The notes beneath the pieces were generated by a model. That model was not told the DNA's origin and did no database searches. It saw nothing but the letters and a program-made list of their open reading frames with translations. Shown in pieces: positions 1 through 12,099 of a DNA stretch of 64,000 nucleotides. Within the stretch, counting starts at the first letter, position 1. Each line of letters starts with the position of its first letter. Source of the DNA: Camelus ferus (lineage: Eukaryota); assembly GCF_009834535.1 (NCBI RefSeq), contig NC_045697.1, positions 14,324,001-14,388,000 on the forward strand, read 5' to 3'. Both the position numbers and the translations under genes were made by a program.

Positions 1-464
1 GAGCTTCTGGGTGGAAGAGATGCATTTGGCAAGGCTTGAGGAAAGGGCTTGAACTTCCACACCCTCTCCGAACACACTGCTCTCCGCAGATCTCCAGGTG
101 TTCACCAACTGGGAACGCCTGTACTTTTGGGCTTTTAAGGAAGCTTCATCCCACAGGCATGATTAATTAAATAATCGGTCATTGGTGATTGAACTCAATC
201 TCCAGCTGCTCTCCCTTCCCAGGTGATCAGGGAGGTGGGACTGAAAGTACCAACCCTCTAATCAAGGGGTGGGTTCTCCTAGCAACCAGCCCCCAGCTCA
301 AGTGGAGGTTCAAAAGTCACCTCATTAACATAAAAGACACCGTGGTGCTCTCTTCTTAAAACCCAGGGTTTTAGGAGCTCTTTGTCAGAAACTGGGGACT
401 AAAACCAAATAGATACCCACTTTTAAAAACATATATTTCTTATTATAAATCACAAAATAACACA
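1..464 (-). mobile_element. MER21-family LTR, partial (runs off the window start)
   Basis: The reverse complement begins tgtgttattttgtgatttataataagaaatatat and contains aatgaggtgactttt...gggggctggttgc...tgattagagggttgg...tttcagtcccacc. It is homologous to the copy at 19936-20330. Confidence 0.75.
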
Positions 465-859
465 TATATTAATGAGACAAACCAGAATTAATTACAGAGT
501 AAAATAATGGACAATTCTATTCCATAGAAACCAAGCACTGCCATTCAGAATATAAGCAAATGGATGAGTTATATATTCTACCCATATAATATAAATAAAG
601 TACATATAATGCATATAAAATAATATATAACATGCAAATAAATATAATGTATATAAAATACTTTAAAAATGTTATTTTATTATAAATAATATATTGAGCT
701 ACAGGAATATTCAGGACACTTTTTTCCCATTGATGCTCATATTTAGTAGTTTACGAATAAAATTAAATGCAAATCACTTAAAGGACATAATTTGAAAAGG
801 GATTTCCTTATAAAATTGTCAGAGTGGTGAATATAGCATTTTATTATATTTAATTTCTT

Positions 860-975
860 GTCTCTCTCACTTCCTGGGCCTTCAAGGGCAGGGTTTTTAC
901 TTTCTTAGCTTGGTATTTCCAGGGCCTACCACACTAACAGGCCCACAGTAGCTGCCAGTAAATATTAATTAAGTT
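860..975 (+). mobile_element. L2 3' end fragment
   Basis: agggcagggt...ccagggcctaccacac...aggcccacagtagctgccagtaaatatt resembles the L2 3' terminus. Confidence 0.55.
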
Positions 976-1169
976 GTTTGCCTTCTGGGATTGCTGTTCT
1001 GAAGTTGGGAAACTGTAATTTCCTTGTATAAACAGATTTGAAGAACTAGAAAGCAAACTAAATGTGTGTTGTAATTTGCACATCTTTTGAAAGATAAAAG
1101 CAGCTTCTTGACAATACAATGAGGGAAAGGAACCATACTCAGGCTTTTCATTTTCCCTCCTCAAAAATT

Positions 1170-1564
1170 ATCAAGCAGTCCTGAAAGAGAAGTCTATAAT
1201 AATAAATGTCTGCACTTAAAATGAAGAAATATCTCAAATAAACAGTGTAGCTTCACACCTCAAAGAGACAGAAAAATTACAAACAAAACTTAGAAGAAGA
1301 AAGGGAATAATAAAGACTAGCACAGAAATAAAACAGAGAATAGGAAAACAACAGGAAAAGATCAATGAAGCTAGAAGTTAGTGTTTTGAAAAGATAAAAC
1401 AAAGCTAACAAATCCTTAGCTAGACTAAGAGAAAAAGAGAGAAGACTCAAATAATGAAATAAATCAGAACTGAAAGGGATCTTGTAACTGATGACACAAA
1501 AATATAAGAGACTATTAGGAAAAATTCTGTACCAACAGATAGATATAGATAAATTTTTAGATAA

Positions 1565-1616
<52 letters not shown>

Positions 1617-4180
1617 GATGTATATAGAGATATACAGATAGATACAGACAGACAGAATTTTTAGGATAACCTAAAAAAATTAGATAAATTCCTAGATACA
1701 CACAACTTACCAAGACTGAATCATGAAGAAATATGAAGTCTGAACAGACCAATAACAAGGAGATTGAATCAGTCATCAAAAAACTCCTAACAAAGAAAAT
1801 CCCAGCACCCGATGGCTTCACCGGTGAATTCTGCCAAATGTTTAAGGAACTAACACTAACACTATCCTTTTCAAACTCTTCCAAAAAATTGAAGAGGCAG
1901 GAATACTTCCAGATGAGGCCAGCATTACCCTGGTGCCAAAGCCAGCCAAAGATATCACAAGAAAAGAAAACTATAGGCCGATATTCCTGATAAACACAGA
2001 TGCAAATGTCCTCAATAAAACACTCGCAAACCAAATCCAACAGCACGTTACGAGGATCATACGCCGTGACCAAGTGAATGTATCCCTAAGATGAAAAGCT
2101 GGATCAACAGATGAAATGCGATATACCACACTGATGGAAGTAAGGATGCAAATCACATGATCATCTCAAAAGATGCAGAAAAAGTACATGACAAAGTTCA
2201 ATATCCCTTCATGATAAATACTGTCAACAGACTAGGAATAGAAGGAAAGCACCTCAGCATAATAAAGGCCATGTATGAAAGGTCACAGCTAACATCATGC
2301 TCACTGGACAAAAACTGAAAGCTTTCCCTCTTTCACTTTAGGAGCAAGACAAGAATGCCCACTCTTGCCTCTTCCATTCATCATAGTCCTGGAAGTCTTA
2401 GACAGAAAAATTAGACAAGTAAAATAAATCAAATGACATCATCTTATATATAGAAAATAAAAAAAAAAACAACTCCCCCCAAAGGCTCCTAGAACTAATG
2501 AACAAATTCAGCAAAGTTGCAAGACACAAAATCAATATACAAAAGTCAGTGCACATTTTTACACCAACAATGAGCTATCTGAAAAGGAAATGAGAAAAGC
2601 AATCCCAGTTGCAATAGCACCAAAAAGAACAGAATGATATACTTAGGAATAAACTTAACTAGGAGGTGAAAGACTTGTACATACAATTTCTTATATAAAA
2701 CTAGAAAACACTGATAAAAAGATTAAGGAAGACACAAACAAGCGGAAAGTTCATGGGCTGGAAACCTTACTATTGTTAAAACGTCCATACTACCCAAAGC
2801 TATTTGCAGATTCAATGGAATTCCTATCAAAATCTCAATGGAATTCTTCACAGAAGTAGAAAAAAACAATTCTACAATGCATGTGGAACCACAAAAGACT
2901 ACAAATACCCAAATTAACCTAGAGAAAAAAACAAAGTTGGAGGCATTAAATTTCAAAATATATTACAAAGCTATAGTAATCAAAACAGTGTGGCACTGGC
3001 ATAAAGAGACATATACGCCAATAGACTAGAATAGGGAGTTCAGAAATATATCCATGCATATACAGTCAACTGGTCTTCAAGAAGGGTGCCACAGACACAC
3101 AATGGGGAAGAGAAAACTGCCTATCTACCACAAAAGAATGAAATCGGATCCCTGCATCATAACATACACAATTATAAATTAAAAATGGGTTAAAGACTTA
3201 AACATGAGGCCTGAAACCATAAAACTCCTAGAAGTAAACAGGGGAAAAACTTCATGACATTAATCTTGGCAAAGATTTCACAGATACAACACCAAAAACG
3301 TTGACAGCAAAAACAATAACAAAAACATAAACAAGCGGAATTACATCAAAGTAAGTGGAATTACAACCAACCAAAAAGCTTCTGTACAGCAAAAGAAACA
3401 ATCGACACAGTAAAAAGAACCTATAGAATGGGAGAAAATATTTGGAAACTGTGTATCTGATAAAAGGTTATCTCCAAAATATATATAAGAAACTCCTATA
3501 ATTCAATACTTTAAAAAAACCAAAACAACCTTAATAAAAAAAAAAATGGGCTGAGGACTTGAAGAGACATTTCTTTGAAGAAGATATACAAATAACCAAA
3601 ATGTATATGAAAAATGCTCAGCATCACTGATCATCAGGTCAGTGCAAATCAAAACCACAAGAAGATACTGCCTCACAATTTTCAGGATGGCTATTCTCAA
3701 AAAGACAAAAGATAACAAGTGTTAATGAGAATGTAGAGAAATTGCAACACTTGCACACAGCTGGTGAGAATGTAAAATGGTGCAACCGCCAAGGAAAACA
3801 ATATAGAGGCTCTTCAAAAAATTAAAAATATGTCTATTATATGATCCAACAATGCCACATCAGGATATCTGTCCAAAAGAATTGCAGTCAGGCTCTCGAG
3901 GAGATATTAATCGTCCCCTGTTCATCGCAGCTCTATTTGCAATAGCCAAGATGTGAAAACAACCTGAATGTTCGTGAATAGATGAATGGGTAAGGAAAAT
4001 GTGATATATACATATAGTGGGATGCTTTTCAGCCTTAAAAAAATCAAATTCTGCAATATTTGATAAGGATGAACCTTGAGGATGTTATGCTAAATGAAAT
4101 AAGCCATCACAAAAAGACAAATTCTGGATTATTCCACTTATATGAGGTATCTAAAATAGTTAATTTATAGAATCGAAGTG
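1170..4180 (+). mobile_element. Decayed LINE-1 (L1MA9/L1MB-like), ORF2 post-endonuclease region through RT and C-terminus into the 3'UTR; antisense to KCNIP4
   Basis: ORF2 remnants [32 protein letters not shown] (1733-) and FKIYYKAIVIKTVWHWHK (2838-3029), with many frameshifts. Internal deletions near 2430 (removing sequence just before the RT FADD codons) and near 3110. The 3'UTR stops at about 4180 with no poly(A). Confidence 0.93.
1565..1616 (+). repeat. (CTAT)13 perfect tetranucleotide microsatellite inside the L1
   Basis: Counted directly: 52 nt of uninterrupted CTAT. Confidence 0.95.
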
Positions 4181-4244
4181 CTAAATCCCTTTCAGCATGT
4201 CTAAAATCAAAGCATATTTAAAAAAAAAAAAGGCTAAGACTTAC

Positions 4245-4315
4245 CTCAAAACTCACAGCTCCATTGTGGTCCGTATCAAATGCATTGAACAGAAAATGTG
4301 CGTATGTTGTAGAGT
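4245..4315 (-). CDS. KCNIP4: KCNIP4 next internal coding exon, 71 nt, encoding (D)[23 protein letters not shown], including the EF-hand 2 loop
   Basis: Minus strand reads ...ttttcaacatttcag|AC TCT ACA ACA TAC GCA CAT TTT CTG TTC AAT GCA TTT GAT ACG GAC CAC AAT GGA GCT GTG AGT TTT GAG|gtaagtc. It splices in frame to the 70-nt exon (G+AC = Asp), giving 47 contiguous KChIP4 codons. Confidence 0.97.
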
Positions 4316-4789
4316 CTGAAATGTTGAAAAGGAAATAATGGTAGGTTAGCATTTCAACATCCTACAGAAGACGTGTATAGCATGTCCAAGCCTCTTTCTA
4401 CCCAGGGAAAGGCACTCTGTCTCCCCTGACTTGTGCTTTCCTCCCCGCTGCCCACCTGCTCTCAGCAGGGGACTGTCACCTGAGGGTCACAGGTGTGAGC
4501 TGCCTACAGAGGCCACTGGTGACAGCTATTCGCTGAGTCTAGCTGGAAATGCTCTGAACACGTGGGAGTCTTGGGTGCTGTTACTGACACAGGGATGAGC
4601 AATGTTACTATAGGTGGGTGTGGGGATTAAGGGACACACATCTGGAAATTGCTTGGTACTTTGCAGGGACTATCTCTAGGAGAAAGAAAATAATAAAAAT
4701 ATGAATAATGCAATACTGATAAATTGCTATTATTGGTATTGCTATTATTAGCTTTATTGGTGGTATTATTATTAATTTGTTCATTACTT

Positions 4790-4895
4790 TTGCAACTCAG
4801 ATAAGGATATTGGGACTCAGAGAGGTTGAGAAACTCGCCTAAAATCACACAGTCCATAAGGGGTAGAGTGGGACAAAACTTGGGTCTTCCTGACC
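4790..4895 (-). mobile_element. MIR SINE fragment
   Basis: cagataaggatattgggactcagagaggttgagaaactcgcctaaaatcacacag is a reverse MIR core. Confidence 0.7.
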
Positions 4896-6529
4896 AAAAA
4901 GGCAGGTTAGCCCATAGCCAGTAGGATTGTCTGATGAAGTGGGGCCAGAGGTGGGTGACTTGGCAAGTTTCTGAGGCCATGTTAGTAGAGGACTGTGTAG
5001 TCCTAATGTTTCCCAGTTGCAAGTAGCGGGGAAGTCGTGCTTTGCCTGGGTCCTGGGTGGGATTCAAGTCTCTGAGCAATGGGGCGGTTTTGGACAGCAC
5101 TCTTGTTCCACAGCTCACGGTCCTGCCTAATGCCACTGAAGCTCCCTGAAGTCCTACACTTCCTCTGAGTTTGCTTCAGTTTCCCTCTAATTTTTCTTTC
5201 CTTCCTCTTTTCTTTTTTCTCCTTTGTCTCCCTAATCTCTGAGCTTTCTGCCCTTTATTTCAAAAGCATATATTTGTTCTTATTGTTTTCTTACCGCGTG
5301 GTTTTAATTTTTAAGAGCTCCTTTGCTTGACCCTTGAGCAAATTTGATTATTTTAAATGTTTCATCTCACGGGTTTTAGCCTTTTACCTTAACCTTTTTT
5401 ATATTGAAAAGAATTGTAACCTTTTCATTTATTGGCTCCAGACTTTTATCTTCTGTTTAAAATCTCGCCTGTTTCTATTTTATAACTTTTAACCTTTGTT
5501 TTTACTGGGATTTAACAAAACTTCTGTTCGCCTTTTACTTCTTGAATTCCTTTTTGAAGGCTGTCAAGAAGCTAGGTCATAGCAGTGGGAGTAGAGAACT
5601 GCTCTCCCCAAATAAGGGAGGTCAGAGGTCATACAAACTTCTCTCCCAGCTCTCGAGCATCCGCAGCCTATGTGTGGACGGTTGCTCCTGCATGGGGTGA
5701 ACCCCAATGGTTAACACCGTTGATGCCATAAGCTTCACGGGGTAAACTGTACACTCAGTTTTTCAAAATGGCGGTAGCGTTTTCTTTCACCTCTTACCTT
5801 TAAATATGCTATGAGGAACCAACTTATTTTTAAAAAGTATGAATTAATATCATTGTTGTCAATGAACCAAACGGGCACCACAGTTGGGCCCAAATAATAT
5901 GTAAAAACATCGCATGCAGAGTGGATGTCCATCTAGTGTTGTGGGTTGCGTAGCCCTCTGAAGGATGGAACCAGGATTTTAATTGCGATCCACTCACTGC
6001 GGTTGTTGGGAAGTTCCATGATAGAATTATCAAGAACTGTCAGCCTATTTTTTTATTTACAAAGTTGGTTTGCTCTCAACAGTACTTTAACACAGACTTC
6101 CTGAACTGCTTAGTGCCCTAGGAAGAAATGAGTTGACAGATGGCATGTTGAACTTATTTTCGGGGGAGAAAAATAAAAGGACTTTGCTTATTTTAAAACA
6201 AGCTTCATTAAGCAGGCCCCTTGTTACTTTATTTATACAAGCAGGGTAAGTGCCTTTACCTTAGCAAGCAGAACTCACCACGAGTGATGGCTCAGAACAA
6301 ATGATGTTGACAAATTTTTAAAAACTGAAAACACAGGATAACGTGGGCATACAATAATTACCATTCTTCTCAGGCGGGGCTGCTCTCAAGCTTGACACTC
6401 GGGACGCACACTCTCAAGATTTGCCCGAATACGGCACTGAGGACTTCTCGTTCCTCTTTAAGTTGTACCTCGGCAGTTTCCCTGGACCGTGAAGTCAGTT
6501 TTCCAGCCTAGATGTACCCGCCAGAGAGA

Positions 6530-6765
6530 GGCTGCTAACAGTGCGGTGGAGTCAGACCGCCTGAATTTGAGTCTCAGCTCCACCAAACACTAACTGTGTG
6601 ACCTTGGGCAAGCTGGGTCACCTCCCTGTGACTCAATGTCCCCATCTACAAAACGATGAGAATACGTATTTCATAGAGTCACCATAAAGAGATTAAATGA
6701 GCTAATTTATATAAAGTTCCTTGAATAGTCCTAGGCACACCCCAGATGTTCACTAAATTAACTAT
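6530..6765 (+). mobile_element. MIR SINE, near full length
   Basis: ggagtcagaccgcctgaatttgagtctcagctccacc...ctgtgtgaccttgggcaag...catctacaaaa...gattaaatgagctaat...ctaggcaca. Confidence 0.85.
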
Positions 6766-7419
6766 CGTTACGATTCTTTCAGAGACAAGCCACTCTTCTC
6801 TCAACCACCTTAAAGAAATGGGACTGAATTTTTCACAGACTTAATATATTTCACCTGAAAATGTTTCAGTTTCGTGTAAAACTTCTATTGTGTATCTAAG
6901 TGGCTGAAGTTCTGATTTAATGGCACTTCTGGCCTAGTGAAGACTGGTATAATTATGGCACAAGTGGCATCGAGGTTCTGACGGAGTTTGGATTTGGAGA
7001 CAGTAAAAGCGTTTTAAAGAAGGAGAATGATGCTGCTAGCTTTGCTGGGGGGAGAGGAGGGAGCTAAGGCACTGGAAGCGCCCGACTGGGCACAGAGGTG
7101 AGCGAGGGGACGGGAAACCGCCCACACAAATGTCTATGGTCTGATTTCATCTGACTGCGCTCCTCTGACTCAGTAAATATTGGTGAGAAGGATGAATAAC
7201 TGACATCCTGGATTCTAGATTTCAGTACAGTTCAGGGCACAAATGACATAGCAATGACTTTTCTCCCCATATGACCTGACAGTCTTCTTTGACCACAATT
7301 CCATACATATAACAAAAATAGTTGCTGAGTTGCACATGATTTTTTTTTTCAGTTTTTTATCATTTTACTTGTGAAGCTGAAAATTAAATGTTGAAATTTT
7401 ACATTTGGGGGACAAAATT

Positions 7420-7760
7420 TATAGAGTCTTAGGATAAGAAAGGATCTTGGATACCATTTAGCTATTTACTCATACATTTAAGAAAGGTGGAAAATGGATG
7501 TAGGTACTGTTAATGACACAGCCAAGGTCACCTAGTTAGTTACTGGTAGGGTCGTGAATGAAATGAAGACATTCTAACATTAACTCTCAGAAATAAAGGA
7601 TGTTACACTAGAAAGAAAACGTGAGAATTCTTTTGTTCCACATTTTACAAAGGAACAACCTGAGGCCCAGAGAAATAAACCATTTGAGTCACAGACCTTG
7701 GTGGTGGCAGAGTCTATCCATAAAGTCAGGGCTCCTGACTCAGTCCAGTGTCCTTAACCC
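7420..7760 (-). mobile_element. Two adjacent MIR/MIR3 fragments
   Basis: gccaaggtcacctagttagttactggtag and cattttacaaaggaacaacctgaggcccagaga are reverse MIR cores. Confidence 0.6.
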
Positions 7761-9679
7761 AATTATTTCCAGACCACAGTGATGATACCAACTAACCCCT
7801 TGGTTTAAAAGCCCATTGATACACATACATTTCAGAATATTTGAACAAATATACTTGATTATCATGTTCCAAGTGTGTGGACTGAAATCAATGTGGTTGA
7901 TTTCTTTCTTCCCACCACGAATCCCCTACTCTCACTTGAATTCAAGCACGAGGTACAGAATTAGCTTAATGCATCTGAGTGTACAATTCGTGGCACTGTT
8001 GCTACAGTAAGACGGGCCATGTACATGAGTAGTAGTTTCTGTTCAGTGTGTCCTCTATAAATCACCCTGAAAATGTTGTCTGAGGATGAGAAGGACATTC
8101 AGTGAACAGAGTTACTTGGGAAAAAAAAAATGTAAACCATCATTTCCACAGAGCTCATCTAAGAGCCTCAAATGCCTTGCACTCAGTAGCTGTTCAATTA
8201 ATATTTGTTGACCTAGATTCTTCAGACTGAAGCTCATTCATTCATTCCTTCAATAGCTGTTTATCAGGTGCCTTGTAGAGTCAAAGTAAGTGCAAAATTC
8301 CTACAACACAAGCATGAGTAGCCCAGGGAACTGCAATTGTCATGATCTTTAAATGCCTAGTGAGCTAAGTGCGTCTACGCTAAGGCTTCCCCTGAACGTG
8401 GCTTTGAAGAGCGTGGCTGTAATGACACAGGTAAGGCGCATTTCCTCCTGCCTTGTTTTATAACAGGGTGCGCTTCATCCCCGCCAGACAGGAAGCTTCT
8501 GCTCAGTCCAGCTGTGCTGGCGTCCCGAACACCGAACAAGCTGTGCTTGGGAAACCATCTCGCTAAGCAGCGGGGAAAACTAAAGAGCCTGACGGTGCAA
8601 ACTGCAGGAGAGCCCGGAGCTGAGACAAAGCGTCTTTCTGGAGGAAATGGTGAGACATTGTGATTTATGGACCCATCATTGTTATGACTCATAACGAGAG
8701 AAATCTGTTGCTTTCACACCATCAGCCTAAATAAATGACTCCACAGAAGCCTGAGGACGGCCCTCACACGGGTCTGCCTGCCGTCCCAGACCGTGCTCTT
8801 CCTTGGGACATTTTGTCTTTTCTAGCAGCGCTGCAAGATACAATTTGCATGCAGGATATTAATTTTTAAAATTGCAAGTCATCATTCTTTAAAATATTTC
8901 ATTTCCTTCAGTGATGCCGGGTGCTTTTAGATTGATGCATTCAATTAACATGAATAATCAAAGACTTTTTAAGGGTGCAAAAGTGATTTTTCTTCAAATC
9001 CCTTTGGACTTTGTAACAAGAATCCTTTGCAAAGGACTGCGCCTCAGTGGATGTTCTCTAATGTTGACACGTTATTTTTCAAATAAAGATAAAATTTTAA
9101 TGTGGAGTTGTATCCAATTTGTAGCATGTAATGACTTTCATTTCATTTGAGCTCATCAAAAAATAACTAAAAGATTTCCATTTGTGCTAAGTGCTTTGAT
9201 ATTAATGCCTATCAGTGGGTTGGCAGACATTTAGTTTATAGTAAATACCATTTTAAAAATTCTGTGTTTTTTAAAATAATTTCGAAATATGTGTTAATCA
9301 ACTGACATTCTAAATTCTCTATTAATGCAGACAATGGACCCATTACAATCCTGGCTTCAGGTCCTATGACCTATATCTGTCTGCGGGGCTGTTAGTAATG
9401 AGATGTGGGGGCGGGGTTGTCAGCCGTGATATATCCAAATTCATGCAATAATGGGTCACCCTGTGTTTTCTCAGAATCCTAATCTAAGGCTTTGAAAAGG
9501 CCCTGGTAAGTGAATTTTCTCTTTTAATAATCCAAGCATGAAACTGTCTTCAACCTACTGACATATCTAAAACCAAAAGAGAATCTAATTTTTGTATGAA
9601 ACAATATTTAAATGTCGTATACATTCAAAATGCCTTTCCTAGGCATTATTCCATCTTGCAGTGGCCGTCACTCGGCACA

Positions 9680-10430
9680 CATTCCCTCACTTATGCAGTA
9701 GTATCTATCCAGTGTGACTGTTTGTCAGTCCCCAGTCCACGACCTGCGGATACAGCTGTGAACAGAACAGACAAAACCTTATGTTCCCTTGGAGGTGACG
9801 TTCTGATGGGAAAAGAGACAGGAAGCAACTACAAAAATAAAGTCAAATATATATTCTTAGATGTTCTTGAGTGCTGGAGAGAAATATAAAACACACGGGG
9901 AACGTTTAAGAAGCTGCTGTTTAAGACAGGGTGGCCAGAGAAAGCCTCATGGAGAAGGTGGCCTTTGAATAAAACAGAGGTGCTGAGATATTGGGATGGG
10001 TAATTGGGAGAAGAAAATCCAGGCAGAGGGAATGACAAGTTCAAAGGACCAGAGGTGGCAACAGGAATGGTGTGTTGGAGGAAGGGCAAGGGGCCACGGC
10101 GGCTGCAAGGAGATGAGGGAAGGAACAGTGTAGGAGGAGGCAGAGAAGGACAAGAGACCACACCTTGTCACGACCATCATATAGGTCGTGGCTCATGCTC
10201 TGATGGGATAGAAGCCTCTGAGCAGAGCAAGTGACATGAACTGGCTTATATTTTTACAGGATTACTCCGGCTCATGTTGAGAATGGACCATGGCTGGGAG
10301 AAGCGCGGAAAAGGGTTAGAATCAAGAGAGACTAGTTTAGAGACCATTGCAGTATTTTGGAATGAGATGATGGGGGCTCTTTTAAGTGGAAAAGAAGTAG
10401 AAAGATGATGGTGAGGAAATGGGTGAATGT
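9680..10430 (-). mobile_element. L2 (L2a-like) 3' region
   Basis: ggatacagctgtgaacagaacagacaaaacc...ggaggtgacgttct...gaaggtggcctttgaat...ccaggcagagggaatgacaagttcaaaggaccagaggt...gagcagagcaagtgacatga is the typical reverse L2 3' end. Confidence 0.8.
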
Positions 10431-11019
10431 CTTTGTACCTTAGCGTCCACATTTATTAGAAAGGCAGATTCCGAGCTATGGTTATTGAAAGGTGATGGGT
10501 AACACATGCAGGGCCAGGCGCGTAGTGGACGCCTGGTGGATGGTAGCTACTTCAGCTCAGGTTCCATTTATCTGGGCAGACTCTTTTTCACTTCCTCCCT
10601 GTCATTCAGCTGTCTAGTTGTGCCTGCATCAGGCTCATAATACTATTCTTTCAACCCCTGTCTTCATGCTTACACTTTATGTTGACATTGTCCACCTGCT
10701 ACATTAGACACTAGCATTCTTTTGAGCAGGTACCACATCTCATTCTTCCTACATCATCAGCACCTAACACATAGCTGGGCACCCAGGAGGTCGTGGGACA
10801 AGTTTGAGCTGGGCATCCCGTCAGGGGATTGACGGAGAGCCTCTAAGGTCCAGTGGCAAGCACATCTCTTCACTCACCTCTAACATGTCTGTGTTATCAC
10901 TATGTTCTCCTTGTTTTCTTTTTGGTTAAAATGATGTCTAGAGTGGTACTCATTTTCTTAGATGCAGGGAGAGGGGTGATAGTAAAGAGTTACTGAAAGA
11001 GAGAGGACCAGCAGAGTGA

Positions 11020-11230
11020 ACACTAGATGAAGCTACAGAAAAAAATCTGGGCTCTAACCTTGATCTGCCACTTAGTGGATGTGTGACCCTGAGCAAAACA
11101 CTTAGCTTCTCTAAGCCCCAGATTTCACATCTGAACATTGAGGATAATTACATTTGTCCTAATTTTGAGAGTCAGGAGAATGAGACCTAAAATGCAGGCG
11201 AAAGCTCTGTGGCACATTCAGGACCATCAG
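11020..11230 (+). mobile_element. MIR SINE
   Basis: ctgccacttagtggatgtgtgaccctgagcaaaacacttagcttctctaagccccagatttcacatctgaa. Confidence 0.75.
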
Positions 11231-11503
11231 AGTCAGAGAGCGCTGTGCATCTGAGAGATGTAGTACCAGTCACACAAGAATACTACTTGCATTAAACTAA
11301 AGAGTGAACTCTAGGATATTTGATAATTTGTAAGTAGATCGCTTTTATGATGTATTGGAAATCATATGCACTTGCAAGCTGTGTATTCATTATTTTACAT
11401 AAAGATGAAAAATCGAGAGCCACGCCATGAAAGATTAAACCAAACTCGACTGGAAGCATAATTCTAACCGAGAGCACGTTCACTGGTCCCCACTGGTACT
11501 TAC

Positions 11504-11573
11504 CTCCCTGCGGGAAGAACTGCGAGTAAATCTCTTTGAAGGTCTCTTCATTAACAACACCGCTGGGGCATTC
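11504..11573 (-). CDS. KCNIP4: KCNIP4 (KChIP4) internal coding exon, 70 nt, encoding [23 protein letters not shown](D), the degenerate EF-hand 1 with the NCS-family CPxG motif
   Basis: Minus strand reads ...gtgcttctctgtgctttctctag|GAA TGC CCC AGC GGT GTT GTT AAT GAA GAG ACC TTC AAA GAG ATT TAC TCG CAG TTC TTC CCG CAG GGA G|gtaagtac. It has a pyrimidine tract plus AG acceptor and a perfect GTAAGT donor. The peptide matches KChIP4 as I recall it. Starts phase 0 and ends phase 1. Confidence 0.97.
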
Positions 11574-12099
11574 CTAGAGAAAGCACAGAGAAGCACTATG
11601 AGCAAAGTGTTCATAAATCTGATTTTTTTGCACATTTTGAAATAGAACTGTCTACCATGCAAAGCTGCACCAAGTTACCATTACCACAAAAAGAATAAAA
11701 TCACGCGATAAATGTCTCTTTGTTCCAGTTCTTACAGAATGAAAAAAAAATGTTGATGTAAAAACCTCTGCATATTATCAATATCAAAGCTGGTCTGACA
11801 CATTAAAGACACACTCCTGCTTTTAAGAACACGCATGCATGTTGCCAATGAAGTATGAGGAAATTACTTTGTTTTTCACACCACAAGGACATTGCAAGAT
11901 GCTTGTGATACGGTCTTTGCTGGATCTTAATGCTGTGTTCTCTGGAGATGTGCTAGACCCACATTATCTTTTGTTCAAGGGGAAAATGCTGTGCTCCATT
12001 TGGGTCTAAGGTGGCCCAAGAAGTTTCAAGCAGGAATAGGCACTAATTTCTGATAACAGATTGTCCAGGAATACTCAATAACACGGCCAGTAATAAGCG

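Larger units (their letters stand above)
4316..11503 (-). other. KCNIP4: KCNIP4 phase-1 GT-AG intron (7188 nt) between the two exons
   Basis: Donor GTAAGT at 11503-11498 and acceptor CAG ending at 4316 on the minus strand. Confidence 0.93.

Noticed and set aside
1609..3718. Several ORFs, some with L1 ORF2 similarity
   Set aside because: These are sense or antisense fragments of a dead L1 with frameshifts and a deletion at the RT catalytic motif. There is no functional reverse transcriptase.
4627..5136. 169-aa ORF with an Asn-rich stretch
   Set aside because: Runs through a MIR and a (TAT/AAT)-rich low-complexity tract. It is not KCNIP4 coding sequence.
11480..11662. 60-aa ORF overlapping the KCNIP4 exon
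   Set aside because: Wrong reading frame. The real coding frame is defined by the splice sites at 11573 and 11504.
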